DNA from: an uncultured Candidatus Saccharibacteria bacterium
GTDB taxonomy: Bacteria; Patescibacteriota; UBA1384; CAILIB01
Direction: 5' to 3'
NCBI GenBank assembly: GCA_964593885.1
Contig: CAZQKK010000001.1
Span: 24,066 to 88,065 of the forward strand
Length of the DNA stretch: 64,000 nucleotides
In this document: positions 10,201-22,200 of the stretch, in pieces
Position numbering within the stretch: the first letter of the stretch is position 1
Layout: the number at the start of each line of letters is the position of its first letter
Made by a program: the position numbers and the translations under genes
Notes under the pieces: generated by a model
Database searches by the model: none
The model's input: only the letters and a program-made list of their open reading frames with translations
What the model was told of the DNA's origin: nothing

Positions 10201-13200
10201 ACCCAATTGAAGGAGCGATTTTGCAGCGTTGCTAGTAGGGGTGCCAGTTGCCTGGAAGGCACTCTCGGTTGCGCTGTTTGCGGCGAACACAGCCGATGTT
10301 GCGGCTGAGCTGGTTGCACCTGAAGAGGTAACCTTAAAGAAGTTGGTACCACTAACCTGGAAATCTACAAAGTTTCCGGCGAAGCCACCGGTAGCATTGA
10401 GACCAAGGAAGGTTCCGCTAGCACTTCCACCTGCAATGGTGCTCCCCAGCTGTACCAGCGAAGCTGTAGCTGAAGCTTGTGGTGCACCAGTAATAGCGAG
10501 AGCGTTGGCGCCAGTGAGGGTTGAGGTAAGGCTTGAAACAGTTGAAAGAGCTCCGGCGGTAGTAACGGTAAGGCGGTTAGAGCTGTTCACCGCAAGGTTG
10601 AGGAGGTTAGCGGTAAGGCCTGCAGGTCCATTGATGGTGAAGGCAACCGTGCCAGTAGCTGAGGTGTTGAGCGTTGCACCAGTTGAGGTGAGGGTACCCA
10701 CGTTGTAGGTAACACCAGAAGCGTTGAGGTTGAAGGTATCACCACTCTGACCAACCGTAATGGTGTTGCCACCCTGCCCAGAGATGGTTGCTGACTCCTC
10801 AAACACAAGGTTCATGGCAGTACCAACACTTCCAAGGATGAACTGGTTGGTACCGGTTCCCTGGAGCTGGAGCTCACCTGATGAGGAGGTGAGGATGGTG
10901 TTGGTGTTGTCATTTGTCAGCTCTCCGTAGACGCTTCCGCCGCTACCGTAGACTCTCAGGCGGTTCTGCACACCTGATTTGTTGATAGCGAGGGTTCCGC
11001 TAGCTGGCTGGAGGTTAATTGCCCCAGTTGAGGTGCTGATAACACCGTTGGTGGCATCGTGGGTGAGACTGAGGAGCGATGTTCCATTGGTGGAGATTGA
11101 GAGCTTCGCACCGGGAGCTATCGTCCCAACCCCAACGTTTCCTGAAGCATCAACGAGGAGACCCTCTACTGCGCCTGCCCGTATACGCATTGGGAGGACG
11201 GTTGAGCTGGCCCCTGTCTGGATGTTGAGGAGAGCCCCGGTACCGTTTGCCGATGCATCGGTAGTGAGGTTGAAGAGGTTGTTGGTACTGGTACCAGTGG
11301 CGTAGTTCCAGGTAGTAGTGTTCGTCCCCATGGTTAGCGACTGGTTACCAGTTGGGCTAGCGATAGAGTTCCAGCGTACTGAAAGGGCGGCTGGATCTGT
11401 CCAGGTCATTGGGCTTCCAGCGCCACCAGCACTGGTGAGGACGTATCCAGAGGTTCCAGCAGTAGTAGGGAGGTTGAAGTTGTAGGTACCGGCAGCTGCC
11501 TGGGTTTGGATGGTTACCGTACCTGAAGTAGCCCCGGAAAGGTTGAGGGCTCCGGTTGAAGCTCCTGCAGTTCCAACGTTAACTATTGGCGATGTAACTG
11601 AGGTAGAAAGGGTAGTTGCTCCCGCAATAGTAGTGAGGCCTGTCGCACGGTTAATGGTGAAGGCATCTGCGAGGTAAGCCCCAGCATCATCGTAGCGAGC
11701 AATACCGAAGTTGCTCCCTGCGTTACTACCCGATTCTGCTTCGCTAGAAGTGTAGATACCCCAACGTATCGAACCCCCGGTCTGCATTTGGTACATCCTG
11801 AAGTTACCAGCTGCACCACTTAAGATTCCATCAGCTCTACCAGTGGTACTGGTAACTGAGAGCGCTGAGTTACTCGTATTACTTACGGTAAGTGATCCCG
11901 ATGTGACCGACGTTGCACCCGTGAAAGTGTTAGCACTTGAGCCAGACTGGGTGTAACCACCTGTTGTAGCAATGCCTCCAGCCACCTGCAGCTTATTCAC
12001 GCCATCATCAGAAGCAGTTCCAACCAGAAGGTTTCTGTTGGTACTCGAGAACCTAGCTGCTTCTCCACCATTAATGGTGAACGTGATTGGAGCAGCAGCT
12101 CCTGCAACATTGAGGTTAATTCCTCCTGCCCTTCCAATAAGCTGAAGTGCATCTGCAGTATCAAGGTAGGCGATATCAACACCTGTACCAGCAAAGTTCT
12201 TCGCTTTGTAGCTCTGGTTGTTGTTGGTAAGGAATCCGGTAGTAGATGAAACTGATCCTGTTACGGCTAGCAGGCCAGATGATACTGCGGCTGTTACCGA
12301 TCCACCAGGGCGAAGGTTGATCACCGAACCATCAATGTTGTAGGTAGCGTAACCGAGGGTATTTCTGTTGTAAGCCTGAGTGGTAATACCTGTAGAAACA
12401 TCAATCTCAAACCCTGCATTTACCCCACCGGCACCACCCACAACCAGTGCTGAAAGTGGTGTATCGGTACCAATTCCAACGTTACCCGCTCCGGTTAGCA
12501 GAGCGTAGTTTGAAGCAGCGCCAGAAGCGGTGAAGTAGGCACCGATGTTGGTACCACCAGCACGTGGACCATCTGAAACACCGTAAACACCAAGCCCGTA
12601 ACCAGTACCTGTGGTAACGTAGCCAGTTCCTCGGAGTCCCGCATTCCCGTAAGTAGCCGCGGCAGTTCCGTAGGCAATACCGTAGATTCCAGGAAGGTCA
12701 GCTGTGTTTGATGAGGCGAAAGCTGTTGCGTACCCGGCATTAGGAACCCCACCCACACTAAGGGTTCCACCAATACTTGCATTGTTGGTGACTGAAAGTG
12801 CTGTTCCAGCTGCTGAAAGGGTTGTAACCCCGGTAAGCGTGTTAGCACCAGAACCGCTCTGAGTGTAGGATCCGGATGAAGTTATACCAGTCACCCCAGT
12901 AATCGCACCGGCTGTGGAGATATCAAGTGCGGTAGAATCAACTGCAAAGGTATTGAGACCTCCGCCTAGCGTGATTGCTCCCGTTGAGGTGCCTGTATTG
13001 ATGTTGGTAGCGAAGTTTGAAGAAACGTTGAGATTGATAGTGCCACCAGTGACGGTGAGTCCTGCTGAACCTGAGAGTGCTCCTGTAACCGCAAGTCCTG
13101 CGTACTGGGTGGTCTTCTCGGTAACGGAGGTGTAGATTTGGCCACCATCAACAGTAGCTGACATGTACTTGCCATCAGCAGACATCGCAAAGTGGTTCCA

Positions 13201-16200
13201 GTACCTTGAAGATTCTTTACTTGCCCAGGTAACACCGAAGTCTGTGGAAACGTAGATTGTGCCATTGTACTCACCAGCAACCTGGCGGGCACCGTCGTCA
13301 GAAATCTGCATGTCGTTCCAGTTCCTACTAGAGTCACGCCCTGTCCAGGTTGCACCATAGTCTGATGAGGTGTAAATCTGACCTGACTGTACTCCCGCGG
13401 TTTGGTAGGCACCATTTGCAGACATCGCAATACCCTCGTTCCACTGTCGATTTGAATCTTTAGGTGTCCAAGTTGCACCGTAGTCTGACGAAACGTAAAT
13501 TTTGTCGTTCCACACGGTACTGGATTGGTACTTTCCGTCAGCTGACATTGCCATACTCGTCCAGATTCTTGATGAATCCCTAGGCGTCCAAGTTGCACCG
13601 TAGTCTGACGAGGTATAGATTTGGCCACCGTAGTGAGCCGCCGTCTGATACTTTCCGTCAGCAGAAACAGCAATCGCATGCCAAGCTCTGTTTGAATCCT
13701 GAGGAGCCCAGGTTGCACCGTAGTCTGACGAGGTATAGATTTGGCCACCATCAACAACAGCTGTCTGACGAGAACCATCTGCTGACACTGCTACATCTTG
13801 CCAGTTTCTACTTGAATCTCGTGAGGTCCAGGTGACGCCAAAGTTTGATGAGGTATAGATGTTGCCACCATAGACAGTTGCGGCTTGGTACTTTCCATCT
13901 GCCGAGCTTGCGATACCAGTCCAGTTACGGTTTGAGTCACGAGCTGTCCAGAGAGCACCAAAGTTTTCTGCGGTCTCATCTACCGACTGCGAACCAAGTA
14001 GCGTTCGCCCAAAGGCAAGGCGTTCAATTGGACTAGTTGAGCTACCGTTAAGCCTCTGGAGAATTTGCCCTGCAAGTGAGATTTGACCACCAATTGAAAT
14101 ATTGTTGGTAACACTGAGACCTGTGCCAGCGGCAGTAGCTGAAAGTGCCCCGGAAACGGTGGTGGTTCCAGCGAGTACTGTCGCCCCGTTTGCAGCAACG
14201 GTGATGATGTCGGTTCCTGCTGCAGAAACCCTGAGCGGCTTCACCGTAGAAGAAGTGCCTGTGGCGATATTCAAGAGGTAGCCAGTGCCATTTGATGAGT
14301 TTGCCGTGGTGAGGCTGAAGAGGTTATTTGAGCCAGTTCCGGTGGCGTAGTCAAACGCCGTGGTGTTGGTTCCCATGTTAAGGGAGAGGTTGCCGGTTGG
14401 GGCAGTGAGGCTACTCCATGAAACCCCAAGGGCAGATGGGTTTGTCCAGGTCATCGCCCCAGCGCCACCGCCACCGCTAGTAAGAATGTACCCCGAGGTT
14501 CCTGCTGTTGTTGGGAGGTTGAAGTTGTAGGTACCGGCTGCTGCTTGAGTTTGGATGGTAACTGTACCAGAGGTTGCACCTGACAGGTTGAGTGCACCCG
14601 TAGAAGCGCCCGCAGTTCCAACATTAACTATTGGCGATGTCACTGAAGTGGCAACGCTGAGTGTTCCCGTGAGTGATGCGGTTGCACTGATGGTCTGGCC
14701 GTTGAGGGTGCCACCAATGGTTGCGTTGTTGGTGACTGCTAGTGCTGTACCAGCAGCAGAGAAAGTAGTAACTCCCGTTAGAGTGTTAGCACCAGAACCA
14801 CTCTGGGTGTAGGCACCTGAGGTGGTGATACCGGTAACCCCGGTAATTGCTCCAGCGGTTGAGATATCGAGAGCTGTAGAATCAACAGCAAAGGTATTTG
14901 ATCCCCCACCGATAGTAACGGCTCCCGTTGAGGTGCCGGTGTTGATGTTAGTGGCGAAGTTAGAAGAAGCATTAATACTTGCAACACCTCCAGTAATCGT
15001 TAGGCCAGTATTCCCTGTAATGAGACCAGTGATTGAAGCACCCCCGGTGCTCACTATGAGTGATGGGGTGAGCGGAACTGACTGGTAGAGGTAGTCACTC
15101 GTCGCCACCAAGCCATACTTCCCATCACCTGAAAGGGCAATTGCCTGCCAGGCTTTATTCACCGTTAGACCAAGTGTTACCCATGTTACGCCGTAGTCAG
15201 TTGACTTGTAGATGTAGTAGGTACCATTGCCATCCGAGGCAGAAACAAGCTGCAAGGTACCATCGCCAGATATTGCCACATCACTCCAGCTCCAACTGGA
15301 GTCTCTGGCTGTCCAGTTATCACCGTAGTCTGAAGAGGTGTAGATTTGGTTAGTAGATATTTTGAGAGCAGTTTGGTACTGACCACTATCTGACATTGCA
15401 ACAGCAGTCCAAACCCTACTAGAATCCTGTGATACCCAGGTTGCACCGTAGTCTGAGGAGGTGTAGATGAGACCGCTAAGCACCACGGCTGTTTGGTACT
15501 GCCCAGTACTTGAGACCGCAATATCGTACCAGTTCCTACTTGAATCCCGCGGGGTCCAGGTAACTCCATAGTTTGACGAGGTGTAAATTTGACCACCGTA
15601 GACAGTTGCGGCTTGGTACTGCCCATCATCAGAAATGGCAACATCCTGCCAGCCTCTACTTGAATCCCTAGCGGTCCAGGTTGCACCGTAGTCTGAGGAG
15701 GTGTAGATTTGACCGCTGTTTACCACTGCAGCTTGGTACTGACCACCACCTGAAACAGCAACTTCAAACCACCCTCTATCAGAATCTCTAGCTGTCCAGG
15801 TTGCACCGTAGTCTGAGGAGGTGTAAATTTTTCCCCCGTTTTTTACCGCCGCTTGGTACTGGCCAGTAGTGGATACACTCGGCTCACTTAAACCAGTAAC
15901 CGTCCCAACGGGATTCCATGAGCTTAACGGGGTAAACCCACCCGCAACAGTTAATTGACCGTATGCGGTCGTAACACCCCCGGTTACTGAGAATGTCTTC
16001 CCGAGGAAAGCATCAGTAACTGCAAGCGATCCTGAATCTGAAATGGTGAATCGGTCTTGGCCTCCGCTCTGTACCTTAAGCAAGCTTCCCTGGAAGGCAC
16101 TTCCAGCGTTTACCGTAAGGTTGGCTAGGAGTGTATTCTCTTGGGCTACCGATGTGTAGATGTACCCTGGACTTGAATCTGGAGCAACCACAATCCGTTT

Positions 16201-19200
16201 ACCATCAGCCGAGATGTCAAGATTTTCAAAGTTAAATGCTGAGAATGTGCTAGCAATTGGGTAGTTTGACCAGGTTAACCCGTAATCACTAGAGACGTAC
16301 GCTCTGTTGTTATTTCCAGTAACCATCCGTGAACCGTCTGATGACATTTTCACCCGCAACCAGGATCCGCTACCAATGCTCATCGTGGTCCAGGATGTCC
16401 CGAAATCCTCTGAAATAGATATCCCCCCAAAGTACTTAGCACTCACCATTCGTTTACCATCATCAGACAGTGCAAGAGCGTAGTAGGAACCTCCACCTGC
16501 AATGGTAGCCGCATTGCCCCAGGTTACCCCGTAGTCAGATGAGATGCGTGCTGGATTTCCAGCAACAGCCATCTTAGAACCGTTTGCCGAAACAGCAAGC
16601 TGCGTTGCTGAAGCAACACCCTGCGCACCTCGATCTGTCCAGGTAGCACCGTAGTCTGAGGAGGTAAAGACCTTATTCGCGCCAGTCTCACCTGCAATCT
16701 GGTACTTACCGTCTGCTGACATGGCAACCTGCTTCCAAGTCCTACTTGAATCTCTGGCAGTCCAGGTAGCACCATAGTTTGATGAAGTATAGATTTGAGT
16801 ACTATCCCCCGCAGCCGTTTGATACCTTCCATCAGCAGATATTGCAACATCATTCCAGTTTCGATTTGAATCACGAGCAGTATACGTTACTCCATAGTCT
16901 GAGGAAGTATAGATTTGCCCGCCGTAGACCGTACCCGTAAGATACCTACCATCACCCGAGGTTGCTACCCCAGTCCAGTAACTTTGTGCAGATCCACGCT
17001 GCGTCCAGCTCTGGCCAAAACTTGAGATTGAAGCATCGCCTCCATCGGTAGTTACCCTGTTTCGCCCAAAGAAGAGGGAGCTTGAGGAGCCACTGCCAGC
17101 TGGGGTGCCAGAGAGCATCTGGAGCTGCATATTGTTGAAGTTGATGCTCCCAGCAGTTGTGAGGTTACCCTGGTAGTCAACGCTCAGCTTACTTGATCCA
17201 TTCACCTGGAAGTCAGCGAAGTTGCCGGTAAAGCCTGAGCCAGAGTTCACCCCAAGGTAGGTGCCTGCGGTACTTCCACCAACCACTGCTGAGCCAAGTT
17301 GGAGAAGCGATGAGGTAGCTGAAGCTGCCGGAGCACCGGTAATAGCCACGGCGTTTGCACCAGTAGTTGAGAACGTAGAAGCGCCACTGAAGGTATTAGC
17401 TCCCGATCCGCTCTGAGTGTAGCCACCTGAGGTGGTAATGCCGGTGATCCCACTGATTACCCCAGCAGTTGAGACGTCAAAGGCGGTAGAATCAACCGCA
17501 AAGGTGTTGAGACCACCACCAAGCGTAATTGCCCCAGTTGAGGTTCCAGTACCAATGTTGGTGGCGAAGTTAGAAGAGGCGTTGAGGTTAACTGTAGCTC
17601 CGGTAACCGTAAGGCCAGCTTGACCTGTCACTAATCCGCTAAAGGTAGGGTTGGAGACAACCGCAATGGTTGGGTTGGTGGTACCTGTAATTGAAATGTT
17701 GGAGCCCTGGGTGAGCGTTGAGGCAAGGTTGATGAAGGTTGGAGCCGAGGAGCCGTTTGAGGAGAGAATTTGGCCAGCACTTCCACCAACAAATGAGGTA
17801 GCGCCTGCGCCTGTCTGGTATGGGATGTTTCCAGCAGCACCACCAGCAAGGTTGGTTGCGGTGGAGACCGAGAGGGTGGAAGGATCAGTCCAGGTCATTG
17901 CGGTAGCACCGCCACCAGCACTGGTAAGGAAGTAGCCTGAGGTGCCAGCAGCTGTTGGGAGGTTGAAGTTGTAGGTGCCGGCAGCTGCCTGGGTTGTAAT
18001 AGAAACGGTACCCGAGGTTGCGCCAACAAGACCAAGGCTTCCTGACCCCGTAACATAGAATGACCCTGATGCGTTTGGACTTACGGTAACATCGGTACCA
18101 TCTCCGGAAATTCCAGCTCCACCTCCACATGATGGGTCAAAGTTAAGGTAAGTTGCGGTAAACATACTGCAAGAGCCACCAGTTTGTACCTGGAATCCTG
18201 TTGCCGTAATATCTAACGTTGAGACGATGTCGCCACTTGTTACGCTGAAGACATCAGTACCGTTATTCTGAACCGCAAACTTACCGGTAGAACCTGTAGC
18301 GATGTTAATCAGGAAGTTTGGATCGGTGGCGGTGTCCTGCAGGGTGAAGGCAAGGTTCCTAGCGTTGGTGAGTGCGATGGTGTTGCCGTTATCGTAGGCA
18401 GCCTGCAGCGTTACTGAAGCAGTAGCACAGCTAGACCAGCTAGGAACTCCCGAAGCGAGAACGAGACACTGACCATTAACCCCTGCGGTAAGCTTTGAGA
18501 GCGTTGTGGCACCAGAGGCGTAGAGGAGGTCTCCTACGGCGTAGCTTGCCTGGCCGGTTCCACCGTACTGCGCAGCGATGGTGCTTCCGTTGTAGGTAAC
18601 GTTCTGGAGGGTGCCACCATTGGTAAGACGAGTTGTGTTGTTGGTGAGGAGCGATCCATCGAGAAGGTTTAGATCTGCCACTTGCCCAACCTCGGTATTC
18701 ACAACTTTCAGCTGTGAAGTACCCTCACGCATAAGGTTGATAGCGTATTCTTCGGTATCAATTGGTGAGGTAATCCCGCTTGCAGTCACGGTTAGAGATA
18801 AGCCTGTAACACCGTTTTCAAGGGTGAGGTTATCGCCAGAAAGCTTCGTTGTGCCTTGGAATCCAACAACCCTAATTCCTTCTGCTCCTCCTACAGTTGA
18901 GTTGTTAGTGACTGTAAGTGGGGCAACCGTGCTGGCATCATCACTATTGGTAATACTCAAGAGAGAAGCGGTACTATCGTACGTAGCATTGTCAGCCTGG
19001 GTGATGTTAACAAGAGCAGAGCTCCTGGCACCAGCCACAAGGCTAGACTGAACGGTGAGTGTCCGAGCATTAGTTCCACTAAAGGTAGTAGAAGCAGTTG
19101 ACCTCAGGAAATCGGTGGAATCAAGCCCGTCCAAGGTACCGGAGTCTACTCCTGCGATGGTGGTGTTTGTCACGCCGGTAATTCGTCCCTGAGCATCGGT

Positions 19201-22200
19201 GGTAAATACTGGCACCTGGGTGGCTGAACCGTATGTTCCTACTGAACCCACGTTAGGAAGGCTTAGAGAAACGCTGCCGCCAAGCGCAACCGCACCACCA
19301 CCTGAGAGACCTGTGCCAGCAGTAACAGTGAGTGAAGAGTTGGCAAGTGCTGCATTTGCAACAGAACCATTTGGTAGCGATACCGCACCGGCAGTTACCG
19401 TAAAGCCACTGGCTACGGTGAGTGAACCAGTGAAGTTAGCAGAGGAACTAATGGTTTGGCCGTTGTAGGTTCCAGCGGTTAGGTTGCCTGCATTAATGGT
19501 CCCAGCAACAATGTTGCCGTCTTTATTTACACTTAGCTTGCTCACCCCATTCACCTGGAGATCCACTAAGTTTCCGGTGTAACCTCCGACAGCATTGAGA
19601 CCGATGAAGGTACCGGCTGCATCGCCCCCAACAATGGCATTCCCGAGGCGAAGGAGGCTACTGGTAGCCGAGGCGGCTGGAGCTCCAGTGAGCGATAGTG
19701 CTGTACCACCGGTGTTTGAACCGGTAATAAGGCCGGTAAACGTAGGGTTGTTCACAATGTTGAGGGTGGTACTCCCACCCAGTGAGACAGATCCACCGCC
19801 CGACAGGTTGGTACCAGCGGTAACGGTGAGTGAAGAGTTTGCTAGGTTGGCATTTGAGATGCCGGCAGTTCCAGAGAGATTTGCGTTAGTGAGACCTGTA
19901 ATGGTGTTTGTACCAGCATCGATGGTAGCGCCTGAAATGGTACCAGCATCCACGATACCAGCTCCACTGTTATCGATACCGTTCACCCCAAGCAATCCTC
20001 CAATAGAAACGTCATTAGTAACTGAAAGACCGGTACCGGCAGATGAGGCGGTAACCACCCCAGTAAAGGTTGGGTTGTTTACCACATTTAGGGTGGTTGA
20101 GGAACCAAGAGCTACAGATCCGCCACCAGTGAGGTTGGTACCAGCCGTTACCGTGAGAGATGCATTGGCAAGCTCAGCGTTATCAATAGAGCCATTTGGG
20201 AGCGAAACGGTACCAGAGGTAACCGTAAGTCCATTTGCAACGGTGAGCGAACCGGTAAGGTTAGCAGCTGCCGAGATGGTTTGACCATTGATAGTTCCAC
20301 TGGTGATGGTGCCACTACCCAAGCCAAGTGAGGTACCAATAATGGCGCCAGTATCTGAAACGCTGAAGGTGGTGGCACTATCGGTGGTGTTCCTCACCGC
20401 CATGGCGATTCCAGAAGTACCTCGGGTAACGGTGAAGGTTCCGTTGGTGGTGGTAGCCGTACCAATGGCCAGGGCGCCAGCCGCAAAGTTGAGGCCTGAA
20501 GCTGAAGCGATAGTGGTATTGCTGTCCCAGTAGGTAAGGGTGCCGGAACTTCCTGATCCAGTTACCCCACCACCTGCTGAACATGATCCCCAGGTAGGAA
20601 CACCGCCAGAGATAACGAGACACTGGTTGTTTGAACCGTTGGCGATAGCAGACCAAGCACCAGCCGAAATGTAAGGCACGCCAGTTGAGGCGCTTGAATC
20701 AAAGCCAGTGCCACCCCTATTTGGAGCAAGCTGACCAGTGGTGATTGCTGAAGCTGCGAGGGCAATACTGGTTGCCGAAACACCGGTTACCCTTCCCTGG
20801 GCATCAGTGGTGAAGACAGGCACCTGACTTGCTGATCCGTAGGTTGCAGCACTCCCCACATTTGGTAGTGAGAGGGTGGTAGAACTCCCAAGAGAAACCG
20901 CTCCGCCTCCGGAGAGGCCAGTGCCAGCAGTGACGGTGAGCGATGAGTTTGCAAGCTCGGTATTGCCAATTTCCCCGGCTGGGAGCGAAACGGTGCCGGC
21001 AGTTACCGTGAGGCCACCGCTGGTAATGGTGGTAGAACCCGAGGTGACGGCAAACACATCGGTACCATTGTTCTGGACGGCAAACTTGCCGGTAGAACCA
21101 GTGGCAATATTGACGATAAAGTTACTGTCTGTGGTGGTGTTTGCCAGGGTAACGGCAAAGTCTTTTGCATCAGTTGTGGTGATGGTGTTGCCATTCCCGT
21201 AGGCAGCCTGCAAGGTGTTTGAAGCCTGTGCACAGCTTCCCCAAGTTGGGATTCCTGCAGAGACAATGAGACAGTCCCCGTTTGAACCAATTGCGCGTTT
21301 TCCGAGGGTGTTGGCACCTGTGGCATAGATAATATCGCCAGTAGCGTAGCTGGAAAGGCCAGTTCCACCGTAGGTTTCGCCAATGGTTCTTCCGTGCCAG
21401 TCAAAACCAGAAATGGCATTGGTAACATCGCCAACGATATCGGCTCCATCCACAATGTTTACCTGGCTGACGTCTAGGGTGAGTGTTTGGAGGCCGCTAT
21501 TACCGAGGCTGATTGCCCCATTTGCAAGGATACCCACACTTCCACCTGGTGTTGACATTTGAATGGTGCCACCAGTAGCGGTTGCATCAAGGACAATACC
21601 TGGGAGCGAACCAACTGCAGTAAGTGAAGTAACACCAGCACTGGAGGTTGAAATATCAAGCCTATTTGAGGCGTTGTAACGGTTGCTAATCTGGTTTCCT
21701 GCGTTTGAGGTGACAGAGAGCGGCTGGGTAAAGGCATTGGATTGGGCGAGGTACGCAACGTTGCTGAGGGTACCATTTGCATTTACATCAAGCCCACCAA
21801 GCTGGAGAGCTGTGGTGGCATTAATGGTTGGAGCGGTAACCGAGGTAGCGAAACTTGGGTTCCCAATCACGCTAATTGAGGTACTTCCCCCCAGGGCTAC
21901 AGAACCACCACCGGTGAGGTTGGTTCCGGCAGACACCGTGAGTGAGGAATTTGCAAGCTCAGCATTGCCAATTTCGCCGGCAGGGAGCGAAACGGTTCCA
22001 GCACTTACCGTGAGGCCGTTGGCAACGGTGAGTGAGTTGCCACTAATGTCCCCTGTGCTGTTGATTGAGAGTACCGTTGCGTTATCAGCGGTATTCCTGA
22101 CTGCAAGGACGATGCCACTTGAAGCCTTCCTAACCGTGAGAGGAGCGATGGTTGAAGCCGTCCCAATTCCAAGCTCTGATGCGCCAGCGTTCCAGTTGAG

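Noticed and set aside
2762-21455. Dozens of 60-270-aa ORFs nested in the giant genes on both strands (for example 12966..13778 -, 10229..10708 +, 19595..20284 +, 2762..3247 +)
   Set aside because: They lie antisense or off-frame inside a continuous, well-supported giant CDS. Their low-complexity P/L/V/R-rich translations are typical of spurious ORFs in GC-biased repeats.
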